Below are positions 35,901 to 47,522 of a DNA stretch of 64,000 nt, in pieces. A program made the position numbers and the translations under genes. The notes beneath the pieces are model-generated. The model was given only the letters and a program-made list of their open reading frames with translations, had not been told where the DNA came from and did no database searches. The stretch lies in NCBI GenBank assembly GCA_020536535.1, contig JAHLWZ010000872.1:570-64569 (forward strand), read 5' to 3'. Positions within the stretch are counted from its first letter, which is position 1. Every line of letters starts with the position of its first letter. The DNA is from Pelomyxa schiedti (Eukaryota > Protista > Evosea).

Positions 35901-37495
35901 GTGTTCAGTTTTTCCAGCAATTCTGCAAGGTTTTTTCCTTCGTTGGTTGGTTTTTGTAACTTCCGGAAGGTCTTCTCTGAAAGTCAACACCAACGCCTGG
36001 TGAAGAAATATTTCACAGATACAGTAACCAAACTTGGTGGATTCTCTTCTGTGTGAACCACAACATATTTTCGTACTTGTAATCTAATAGAATCCAGCAA
36101 TTCCCAGAGGATATTGGCCGAATCCTATTATATGAAATTGAAGTTCAGCAAGTAAAAAAAAGGAAATCTACTGTGACACTGTATGACAAAAAGATAGGAA
36201 GATAGGGCCTCACTCCTTCCATCTTTAGGAAAGCAGTTGTTTTCAGTGATCAAATTATCCTGGTTACTGCAAAAAAAATAAAGCCAAAGGTGGAGATATA
36301 CGAGAAGACCACGGTCATTAAAATGACAGATGTAGTAGATGTTGTGGATGTAGAGGGTGCAGGTTTGACGGAATTGTTTTTTATGCCCGTATACTAAAAT
36401 TCCCAACGCAGATCCAATGCTTCAATTCAATATCAAGTCTGCAAATAAAATCAAGAAAATTACACTCAAAATGGGGCTACGGGATAAAAACCGAGCCTTT
36501 TCTGCTCTCAAAGACCTTTTGGAACGACGGAAGAATCACATAGGTCGGTAATTTCATTCTGATAGCAAGTTTATCTAACCTTCTCAGTTTTTGGGTCTAA
36601 GCTCAGTGACCTTATTCACAACGAATATCGCGAGCAAATAGGCATCCCGCTACTAGTAGAAAAAGGCTTCTCTTTCCTCGAAAAATGTACCATCAATACT
36701 ACAATCACTCAGATAGCAACATCCACTAACCCGGTCTTAGCTTTAAAGATACAAGGTCTTTTCAGAGTCCCGGGGCACAACCTCGAGATTACGGCACTAA
36801 GGAAGCTGGTGCAAGGTATAATTTTACTTTTTTGTAGTAGATATCTCACTCACACCGACTGTTACAGAGAACTACGAGTATCAGTTCAAACCGGACCAAG
36901 ATGCATTCTCTGTATCTTCGCTTCTGAAAGTATACTTCCGGTACGAAAAATTCTCCCATTTCCAATCGGCTCATATCAAAACAGTGAAATGGCAGAACCC
37001 ATTTTTCCCTTTGATTTGTACGTCCCCATGACGGATCTGCATGACACAGGTTTTCAGAAAATAGAAACAACAAAACAACCACACACAGTACCGGAGGAGG
37101 TACTTATAATCATACAATGCACAACAGAAAAAGAGGAATTCATAACGCGAGTTACGCCGATGCTGAGGGCATTACCGGAATACAACCGCATCACATTGAA
37201 GTACACAATGGACTTCTTCCAGAAGCTCATTGGGCACAGGCAAACAAACAAAATGGATGGTATCATTATTATTACATCACACATACCGCTACCCCTTTCT
37301 AACATACAAACATACAATTAATCCTTCTGCACGGTAATTGAACTCAATTCAGCCAAGAATTTGTCTATAGTCATAGCACCTAATTTTCTGCGGCCTGCTG
37401 TTGAAACACTGGACACTACAACTCAGCTTCCAAAAGTGAACTCTGTATTCGCTAAACTCATTGACTCCTACCCGGAACTATCCCAGCTATTCTGA
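32990..37495 (+). CDS. Proline-rich protein with a degenerate DH(-PH) RhoGEF region and a C-terminal RhoGAP domain, multi-exon
   Basis: RRLLYSQRELAHKMSVLASSYLIPL is DH-like. VFGSKLSDL, IPLLVEK, QGLFRVPG, SSLLKVYFR, LPEYNRITLKY and NLSIVIAPNFLRP are RhoGAP motifs. Confidence 0.8.
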
Positions 37496-37646
37496 TTCCT
37501 TCAAACAGTAGTCTCACATTTCCCTCAGTTCTGGCAACTAGAGGGGTTGTGTAAGTGAAGAGAAGTACATAAGCAATAAAGGCTTTTTTCTTTTTGGACT
37601 ATCGATTTGGTGATATGTCGTTCTACACAGAATAAATGTTCAAACT

Positions 37647-40268
37647 TCAAACGTTTGTGGAGCCTGGGTTTGAGTTAGGGATTGTAACAACAGAGTGAGG
37701 CTGCACACTGTCGGTAACTGTCAGTTCAAACAGTCCGTATTCAGATTTCCACCCAGAAACCAAGATGTAGTAAGGGGTACCGAGTTCTGAGTCCCAAGAT
37801 ACCTGTGATTGTACCCCGCAGGTCGGCCAATCGTCACTCCAGACTATGCAGTTGTCTGTGATCTCGGCACATGATCGTGCAACAGCAATGATTGTGTCGA
37901 ACTCTGTGTATGAAGTGCAAGTACTGGCGGTGATCTGATTACCGGTGCCCAGAACAGAAAACCAGAGCCCTTTGTTTTCTTAGAAAGCGGAGATTTGCTA
38001 TAAACACATACCTGTTGTGCCAATCAAGTTGCACGGTGAGAATGACATACAGGCATTGGTTGTATCGCCTTGGTAAGTTTCGGGAACAACCAGAGGATAG
38101 GCAGTAGCACATTCACAATATGGATCCGGGGAGACTGTGCCCTGGTTAGTGACAATATGAAATGATGTTGTTTGAGGTGAAACTTTCAGAAAAATCTACA
38201 CGGAAGTCTCCAGTTACATTGACTCCTGCAGTGACAAAAATCCAGTACGACTGTCCTCCAAGCGCTTGGAACTGTACTGAGCCTTTCCCAGAACACTCCA
38301 AGGGATCGCTACAACAGCTGAGTTGCAAAAAAGAGTGATAAAGATAACCTTTGTCGTACACAATGCTGGGGGGAACACAAGTTGTAGACTTCAATGGAAA
38401 AAGGCAGGATCGTGTCGTCGTTACATACAGTGGCGAGGATATTACTCACACTTGTGGCGAATGAGAGACTGAACCAACGTCCTGGATGGAGGCTTGGTCA
38501 GGGCGGAGTATGGAGTAGAAGTTCAAAAACCTTGTCGTAGTGAAGAGTCAGTGGCACAATCCCCTTCGGTGAATTCAGCGTTTGAGGTTGTCTGTGAAAA
38601 AGTCATCGGAAGGGTGGTGACAGGCTCAGCATTCCAGCACACAGAATTGTCAACATTGGAAACTGTGGGAATGAGAAGCGAGGAAGATTGCTAGAGAATT
38701 TCTCTACGTGTATCTACAGAAAGGGTAAAAGCTACACCGTCGCTCCCAGAGCGGTAACCCGAAACAGCAATGTAGTAGTACTTGTCGGCTTCAGCACTCC
38801 ACTCAACCTGGAAATGTGGTGAGTTGTAGTACCCTAGAGCCACAGTACTTTCGAGTGGAGCCCGCAGAAATCGTCGTTGGCCGTAACACATGATTGAGCA
38901 ACTGCATTTTCATCACACTCCTCGTAAACTTGAAGAGTAGTATCTCCACTCTATTCATTCAATAGTACTATAATGAAAAGAATACAAAGAAAAAGCATAC
39001 AAGGTTATCAAGCACACAAGTCCAGGCAGTAAGTGCTTCTCCAGTTCCAGCTACGACATACCACAGACCTGGCTTATGGTTAGCTTTGTTTACAGAACCA
39101 GTATCTAACTGTTGGTCTGCACGCTGAAGCAGGAGCTGTAGGTGGAGGGAGTGTTGGCCGTGGACGCAGCAGTTGTATAGGGAAGGCTGATAATTTTTTC
39201 AGCAACTTTGCAGTTATACCAAGTCGGAGAATCCGCTATAAACAGTGAGGGGGTGCTGACACAATTTGTGTACCATCCATTACTGACAAAGTGAACTGTC
39301 CGCGCAGCAGACCTGGTGATGACACAAATATATAATAAGGTACTCCCTCAAGGGTGGGCCAAACAATTTCAGACTGCCAAAGACAAGTATCGTCAACCTA
39401 GATGTGGTCAAAGTGGGGAGGAAACAACATGTCACCCACAAAATTAATGCAGGTTCCAGAGCAGTCGGAATAAAGCTCTATAATAGTGTCAAGCTGCGAG
39501 TTTTCACATGTAGATGCTTTGAGGTCTTTTCCAGTACCAAGAACCACGAACCAGAGGCCTATTGTCCCCTTTAGCTTTGAAGATTTCTTAATAGTAACGC
39601 ACCTACAGCGTCCATATTACGACAGCCGGAAGTAACTGTTTCTGATTTATCATTGTCCCCAGTGAAAGTAAAAGGAAGGGAAGAAATTTCTTCAGCCAAA
39701 GTGCAAAGGTCATTTTTTTCTCCTGGCTAATCTGAGAATCATTTAAATGTAAAAAAGAAGTGAACCTTCATCTGTCAGAGTGAATGAGAAGTCACCAGTG
39801 ACTTTCCCAAAGCCTGTAACAAAAATATAGTAGGTTTCCCCAGCGGTAGTATTCCAGCGCACTTCACTTGAAGTTCCACACGAGTCGTCGTTGTAGGAAA
39901 GGCACTGTTGTGCTATGCCTTTGTAGCACTCCGTGAAGACATACAAAGTTGTATCGAGAGTGGTTTCTCCACAAGTGGAAGCCGCCAATGTTGTGTCCAT
40001 TGCTGGAGTATACATATAGTATACACCTACGAAGCAAAGTCAATTTTAGTGTGTGCACTGCACCACACCAACCTTTTCCAGCAGTATAAATAGGGCTAAT
40101 AGAGCAGTAGAACTGCGAGATCTCTGAAACAGTGGTAGTTGAATCCACTGTGAACGGCAGTTTCTGAATACTGTAGGCAGAATCACAGCTGTCGTAGATT
40201 TCCTCAGCCGTTACACCCAACAGCACCAGGCATAATATAATGCAGATCTGCCTTACCCTTATCGTCAT
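37647..40268 (-). CDS. Secreted protein with about five tandem ~120-aa Cys-containing beta-rich modules
   Basis: Signal peptide (QICIILCLVLLGVTA). Repeated pattern C..A..I..LP.T...GLW(F/Y)...GTG..L.ASTC....DT.I.V...C...DD.CG..S.V.W....G..YYI.V.G....G.F.L. The 3' end is approximate. Confidence 0.8.
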
Positions 40269-40869
40269 CGTTGTGTTACTCTGTCAGTTTCGTTTTTTTT
40301 TTCTTTTTGTTGTTCGTTCGTTTTGTTCGTGTTGTTTTGGCATCTTAAAAGCCGCTCCGAGATCTGTACAACCACGCGTTATGATTTTAGTCAAATAGGG
40401 ACACGGCATGTTACGCACTTTGATTGAATGGGAAACATGGGGCGATGAGTGAGGACGTGTTGATATTTTTCAGATTTGATTGGTGGACGCGGTTCTGAGG
40501 AGACTCGGCTTGTCACTCACCCAGGGCTTCTTGTACGGTACAACTGAAGAGTGCTTGTGCCTGTCTCTTGCCACTGTTTATGGTATTCGAAGCATGCACC
40601 GCATACCGTATGTACAAGCACACGGTCCCTTCTATGGTTTGTGATTGGATCGCCGAAATCCCAGTTCCGGTGGGCATGAGAGCTGCCACCTCAGAACACC
40701 GTGGGGGGAGGGCGAGGGGCACAATCAGGGTGGCTCGGCCAAGGTGTTCTGTCAGTGTTTGAGTTTGAGTTTGATCTCTCTGTAGTGCGCCCGAACGGAA
40801 AAACCCCAGAAACAACAAAACAAAACAAAACCAAAGCGACGAGAAGCAAGCCGGGGAATTGGGTCAAAG

Positions 40870-41924
40870 ATGATGCGCATAATTATGTCAGGGCCTCCCG
40901 CGTCGGGCAAGGGAACTCAGTGCGAAAAAATAGCAACAATGTACGGCGTCAAGCACCTTTCGTCCGGGGATCTACTCAGGGCCGAGGTTCGCCTTTCGTT
41001 TGTTTTTGCCTTTTTCTTCCTTGTTGTGTTTTGGGTGTATTTATAAATTGTACTTAATTAAAATAGGAAACATAATTGTTTCTAATAATAATAATAATAA
41101 TAAAAAAGGTCGCAGCTGGCACTGAGATAGGACTGAAAGCCAAAGCATTTATGGACGCCGGAAAACTTGTTCCTGATGATATTGTTGTACCTCTTGTTGC
41201 TAAGCAGCTAATGACATTCTCAGCGGTAAATGGATTGATTTTAGTCTATGAAATGGTCCTATTTAAAACTTAACACAACTCCATTTCACAAGGGGTGGCT
41301 CCTTGATGGATTCCCAAGGTCAGCAGACCAGGCTGCAGCACTCACAAGGTTGGTTTCTCCTCACGTTGTGGTTGTACTTGATCTCCCTGATCAAGTAGCC
41401 ATTGAGAGGATCACTGGCAGGAGGACTGACCCTGTAACAAACAAAGTGTGTAATTGTAGTTGTACCACCAAATCACAAATGCTACATAAAAAATGGTGTA
41501 GTCGGAATTTGAATTATGATTAATGTTTTACCAGTGCCTCCACCTACATTCCAATAATCAACCCCTGACCAAATCCAGGTGTATCACGTCAAGTTCAACC
41601 CCGCAACAGACCCCATAGTTACTGCCCGCCTCGTACAACGTGATGATGACACAGAGGTCACAATGACCCGCAGGCTTGCTCTCTACAGGTTGTTCACTAA
41701 AACCCAAAACCGCTAGCTATCTAATTTAAGCGGAGTTTAATCCAGTGCCCGCTACATACATCTATGAATATTAATAACATTAACCACTATCACACAGGGC
41801 AAGTGAGGCAGCCTTGTGCGCTGCGTTTGGTGGATTGGTTCACCATGTCAATGCCAATTTACCCATCCCTGATGTGTTCAACCAAATCTCAGGGATACTT
41901 ACACCACTCAAGGCTTCCCTGTGA
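40870..41924 (+). CDS. adk: Adenylate kinase, multi-exon
   Basis: [43 protein letters not shown] and QRDDD motifs; ends LKASL*. Confidence 0.95.
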
Positions 41925-42029
41925 GGAAGTTTTTCACATACACCACTGGGGAAAAAAAAAAGAAGCCGTACCCAATAGGGTATTTATTTATCCTTTTATT
42001 GTTTCTTTTTCTTTGTGAAAAAGGGCATT

Positions 42030-44675
42030 TCACTTAGATAGCCATTCAATCAAGAGAGGAGGGACTTGGCACGGGTCAGTACAGCTGAGGATGTCAATCC
42101 AAACTCGCGGTACAGTGTGAGGTATGGTGCACTGGCTCCCCAGTGGTCCAAGCCAATGCAGGCTCCTTGTGACCCGGTGTAGTGCTCCCTGTTGGTTTGT
42201 GTTAGTGAAAGGTGGAGGAAAAGGAGGGTAAAGACCAGCCGAGAGTTCTGCCGGCCTCAATGGAAAGCTTTGCAGCTTTGGGTGGTAGCACATAGTTCCT
42301 GTATTCTGCTTGTTGGGCATCAAACATTTCCCAACACGGCATTGAAACAACTCGGGCAGGAATATCCTACAATGGTTGGTTTACCTCTTTCTAACGGGGT
42401 GTTTACCTCTTTGGCAAGAAGGCCTTGTGCTTCTACTGCAATGGAAACTTCTGAGCCCGTTGCGATTAGAACAACCTTTGGCTCGGGAACATCAATCAGG
42501 ATGTACCTGTGGATCCATTAAATGAAGTGCCAAAGCAGACGAGAAACAAACCCTCCTCGTGAGACACCACAATTTACTGGCGATTGGGTGGGAAGATTTT
42601 GCCGGGAAAGAATAATAGCAGTAGGCCCATTGTTACGAGAAAGTGCAAGTCTCCACGCTTCGGCAGTTTCATTTGCATCACAGGGCCTAACAACAGCGAG
42701 ATTTGGAATGAGGCGCAGAGAAGCAAGCTGTTCAATGGGTTGGTGAGTAGGACCATCTTCGCCAAGTCCAATGCTGAATGTAAAAGCGTTAAACAATCTC
42801 TTTCACTTCGAAGAGAAGGAGGTACCTGTCGTGTGTCCAAACGTATACGACAGGGAGATGCATCATGGCAGCGCTCCGTACTGGAGGCCTCATGTAATCA
42901 GAAAATACCAGGAAAGCACCACCGTACGGCCTGAGGTAGTGTAAGGCAAGACCATTCATAACTGACCCCATTGAATGCTCGCGAATGCCGTAGTGGAGGT
43001 AATTTCCATTGAAATTGTTCCTGAAAAGGGGAATTAGATGAATACAGGCATTTTGGTAGTACTTTGTAATAGATGCGGAGCCGGTGGCAAAAGTGTTGTT
43101 TGATGGTGTTAGATCTGCGGAACCACCAATCATGTTTGGAATCTTTGGTAATATTACGTCAAGGACCTTCTGTGAAGCAACTCTTGTTGCAAATGATGAG
43201 CCTGGTGGGAATGCAGGGAAATCTGGCTGGAGTGAGGTTGCATGATTTGAGGAACTTTAAACCTGTTGGAATTGGGACATGGCCCGAAAACATTTGCTCT
43301 GCAATGACACCAAGTTCGGGAAAAGCTGACTTGTACCGTGCAAACAGCTCGTCCCATTCCCTTTGCTTTGCGGCTCCACGAGCGCCTATCTGCCGGAAAG
43401 GTGAGCTTGAGAAAGAAAGAGAAGCTGCTTACCAAGCCATACTGTGCCCTCACTGCATCAGGGACAGAGAATTTGGCTTCTGCTGGCCACCCAAAGGCTG
43501 CCTTGGTTTTTCGGAGTCCATCATCACCAAGTGGTGTGCCGTGCACCTTGGTGGGCCAATTATTAGGATGAATAATAGCTTTTTAAAAGTACCTTGTTGG
43601 TGTCCTGAGCAGGACTCTTAAGCCCAATGTGTGTCTTGCAGGCAATAAACGAGGGTCTGTCAGTAACTGCTTTTGCAGAGTTTATTGCGGCTTCGATTTC
43701 AGCTGTGGCGGAATTAGAAAGGAAAAATAGTCGAACTAATGAACCAATGTTATGTCCATCTACTGTCTGAACGTGCCACCCATAGGCAGCGAACCTGGCT
43801 GGAGCATTGTCAGAGCAAGTAATATCGGTGCGGCCGTCAATGCTTATGCCATTGTCATCATAGAGAGCAATCAATCTTCCAAGGCCAAGATGACCAGCCC
43901 AGGAACCAACTTCATGTGAAATTCCTGAAAAGGGAGGTGAGACGTTCAGAAAAATGCCATAAGAAAGACCTTCCATAAGGTCACCATCAGACACAAGGAC
44001 GTAGGTGAAATGGTCCATAATCGGGAAGTCCGGTTTGTTCAACTTCCCTGCAACAATGCGTTCAGCTAGGGCAAGACCAACAGCATTGCCAAAGCCCTAA
44101 GTACGTGAGAAACTTGGTAAGGGCGAAAGAAAGTAACCTGTCCAAGGGGACCAGTGGTTGTCTCGATGCCCATCTCCACATCCCGCTCTGGGTGTCCTGG
44201 AGTGAGGCTCCCCCACTGTCTGAAGTGTTGAAGCTGTTCCAACGTCAGCTTTGGGTAACCAAGCAAATGCAACAACGAATATAACATTGCAGAGCCGTGT
44301 CCTGGGAAAAAAAAACAATATTAATTTCTCGAGTGAAAAAGAAGTGAAGGGAGGGCAAAATCACCACAAGATAGGACAAATCTGTCCCTATTGGGCCAAG
44401 CAGGAGACGCAGGATTAATATTCATGAACCTCGAGAAAATAGTGTACACAATATCGGCAGCACCCAGTGGTAGCCCTTATCAATGAATAAATAGGTATAT
44501 AAGGAAAAACCCCACAAATCAACATTAACACACATTTTAGATATTAACAAGGAACAAGGGAAAACAAAAGCAAAAAAAAAAAAAAACGAGATTTACCAGG
44601 GTGGCCGGAATTAGCTTGTTGGACGGCATCGACAGCCAACAATCTCAGTGCCGTAGTACACTCCACGTCCACCAT
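42030..44675 (-). CDS. TKT: Transketolase, multi-exon
   Basis: [70 protein letters not shown] and [10 protein letters not shown] motifs. Confidence 0.97.
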
Positions 44676-44930
44676 CTCCCCCTTTCCCTTGGTTTTTTTT
44701 TCTTTTTGGTCTCTGCTAAAGCTTTGATTATTCCTGAAAATGTACACCGGAAAACCCAATCGTTTGGGACGGTACTACCTCCCCTGTTGTCTGACACACT
44801 TGTACTCTGGCTCCACTACCTCATCTGTATCCAGCTGTGTTCAGCTACTCCCCCCCATCTACTTACCCTCATCATCAGTCCACATCTCAACCAACAAAAA
44901 AAATTGGAATTTGGGTGATAGGGCGTGTGA

Positions 44931-46046
<1,116 letters not shown>

Positions 46047-46176
46047 ATTTAGTACTATACTGAAAAAAAAAAAAAACAAAAGAACACTCTGTTTTCATTT
46101 CAATTGAAAACAAACAAAAATGAAATGAACCCAGGGCCTCCCTCTTTTGAAGAATAATGAAATTGCCACACAGCAC

Positions 46177-46760
46177 TCAAGGTTTCCTCTGAGGCACACA
46201 TTCCAAGTAAATGTTTGCATCCCCAACCACGTGAAGTGTCTTTGTCGACGTGATTGCCGGTGCCTGTTGTGTGAGTTGTTGCTGTGAAGGTGATGAAGGG
46301 CAAGAGGACACAATCGCCATTGGCTGTGCTTGTGATGGTGATGATGGTGGTGCTGATGCTGTTGTTGGTTGCTGTTGTTGGTTAGGTGTGATATCAGATA
46401 TGATGGTGTTTGTTGTGGTGTTGTTGTCAACAGCAACCACTGGGCCGAACAGCAGGCTGTTTGACGTCTCCACTGACTTGATAGTGTAGGTGCCCTTGCT
46501 GGTGTGTAGAATGGCCTGCCCTGTGGAATCCCCCTCAATTCTGAACCTATATATAACAAATATATATAGGTATTTGGATTTGCATACAAACACTGGGAGT
46601 CACACACATACGATTGTTCGTTGATGGCATCAGGGTAAGGCAGTTCCAGCAGCCTCATTGTGGGACAGCCACCACGCCCGCCGATTGTTGTTTGCGGCGG
46701 TGGTGGTGCGGCGGGGGTTTGGTGCTGATTATGGGATGATGGAGATCGTGGGGCAGACAT
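46177..46760 (-). CDS. DCC1: DCC1-like protein, N-terminal domain only
   Basis: RLLELP...FRIEGDSTGQAILHTSKGTYTIKSVETSNSLLF matches the DCC1 N-terminal signature. One intron; stop follows YLECVPQRKP. Start could alternatively be 46850. Confidence 0.65.
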
Positions 46761-47148
46761 GAGGAGTGTGGGGGTTGCAACTATGTACACGTTGTTTGCA
46801 GGGGGCCACCGCCCCGTGTCCTTGCTCCCCGCTGTGGGTGACCACGACATGTCGTGATGAGATTGTACCAAGAAATCATTCTAGAGAATCCAGCTCACCA
46901 GTATTAACTGCACTACTGGGGAAAGGAAGTTGAAAGGAAGTTTTCGAGCTCTTCAGGGCGGTTACAAATGGAGAGCAGGAGACCCTGTGTGATGGGAAGA
47001 TGATCAGAATTTGGGGAACAGATAAATAAATTTGTTTATCTTTCCAAGGCGTGAGGACGCGTGTCCGTGGAGTGGGTGAACAAGTTCGTTGACCAACAGT
47101 TTGAGCCCCATAATTCACACAACGACAGGCACATAGCGTACATTAGGG

Positions 47149-47286
47149 ATGATATCCGACACCAGCCTCTACGTGTTCAGTAACCTCGTTGGCGTGAGCG
47201 TGATGGTACTCATTGTGGCATACCACTACGTCGTCCCACAATTTGTTTCGTCCGCGCAGCGCGGCCCACATGAGAAGTCAAACTGA
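47149..47286 (+). CDS. OST4: Oligosaccharyltransferase subunit OST4 (45 aa; not in the ORF track)
   Basis: MISDTSLYVFSNLVGVSVMVLIVAYHYVVPQFVSSAQRGPHEKSN* fits the OST4 pattern MI(S/T)D..L..F.N..G.....L.V.YHYV with a single TM helix. Confidence 0.9.
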   Translation: MISDTSLYVFSNLVGVSVMVLIVAYHYVVPQFVSSAQRGPHEKSN

Positions 47287-47522
47287 TGAGGCGCGATCCC
47301 TATTGTTCAGGTCAGATCTCATACACTACCCCATAACAACAATACCAGTGTGAATGCTAACTTCCATCCAGAGCTGCTTTTGACATGTCAAACAGTGGCC
47401 ACCATTCCCCCTGCCTTGTTTTTGTTACAATAAGAAATATGCCGATTTCCAATAAATGGGTGGGATATGATGATGTTTCGGTGCTCTGTATAAAATAATT
47501 CTTATGTACTTGTTTTTGGGGT

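Noticed and set aside
40330-40830. Possible ncRNA (GATGAGTGAGGA is U12-like; GACGCGGTTCTGAG resembles the U3 3' end; small GGTGG/CCACC hairpin)
   Set aside because: Only short isolated matches, with no U3 box A/A', Sm site or proper terminal stem. Minus-strand GTGAGT/GTATGC donors suggest an unrecognised small spliced gene instead. An Infernal/Rfam scan would settle it.
46857-46907. MRLYQEIILENP resembling the SufU/IscU N-terminus
   Set aside because: Only 16 codons before a stop and no downstream Cys motifs; chance similarity.
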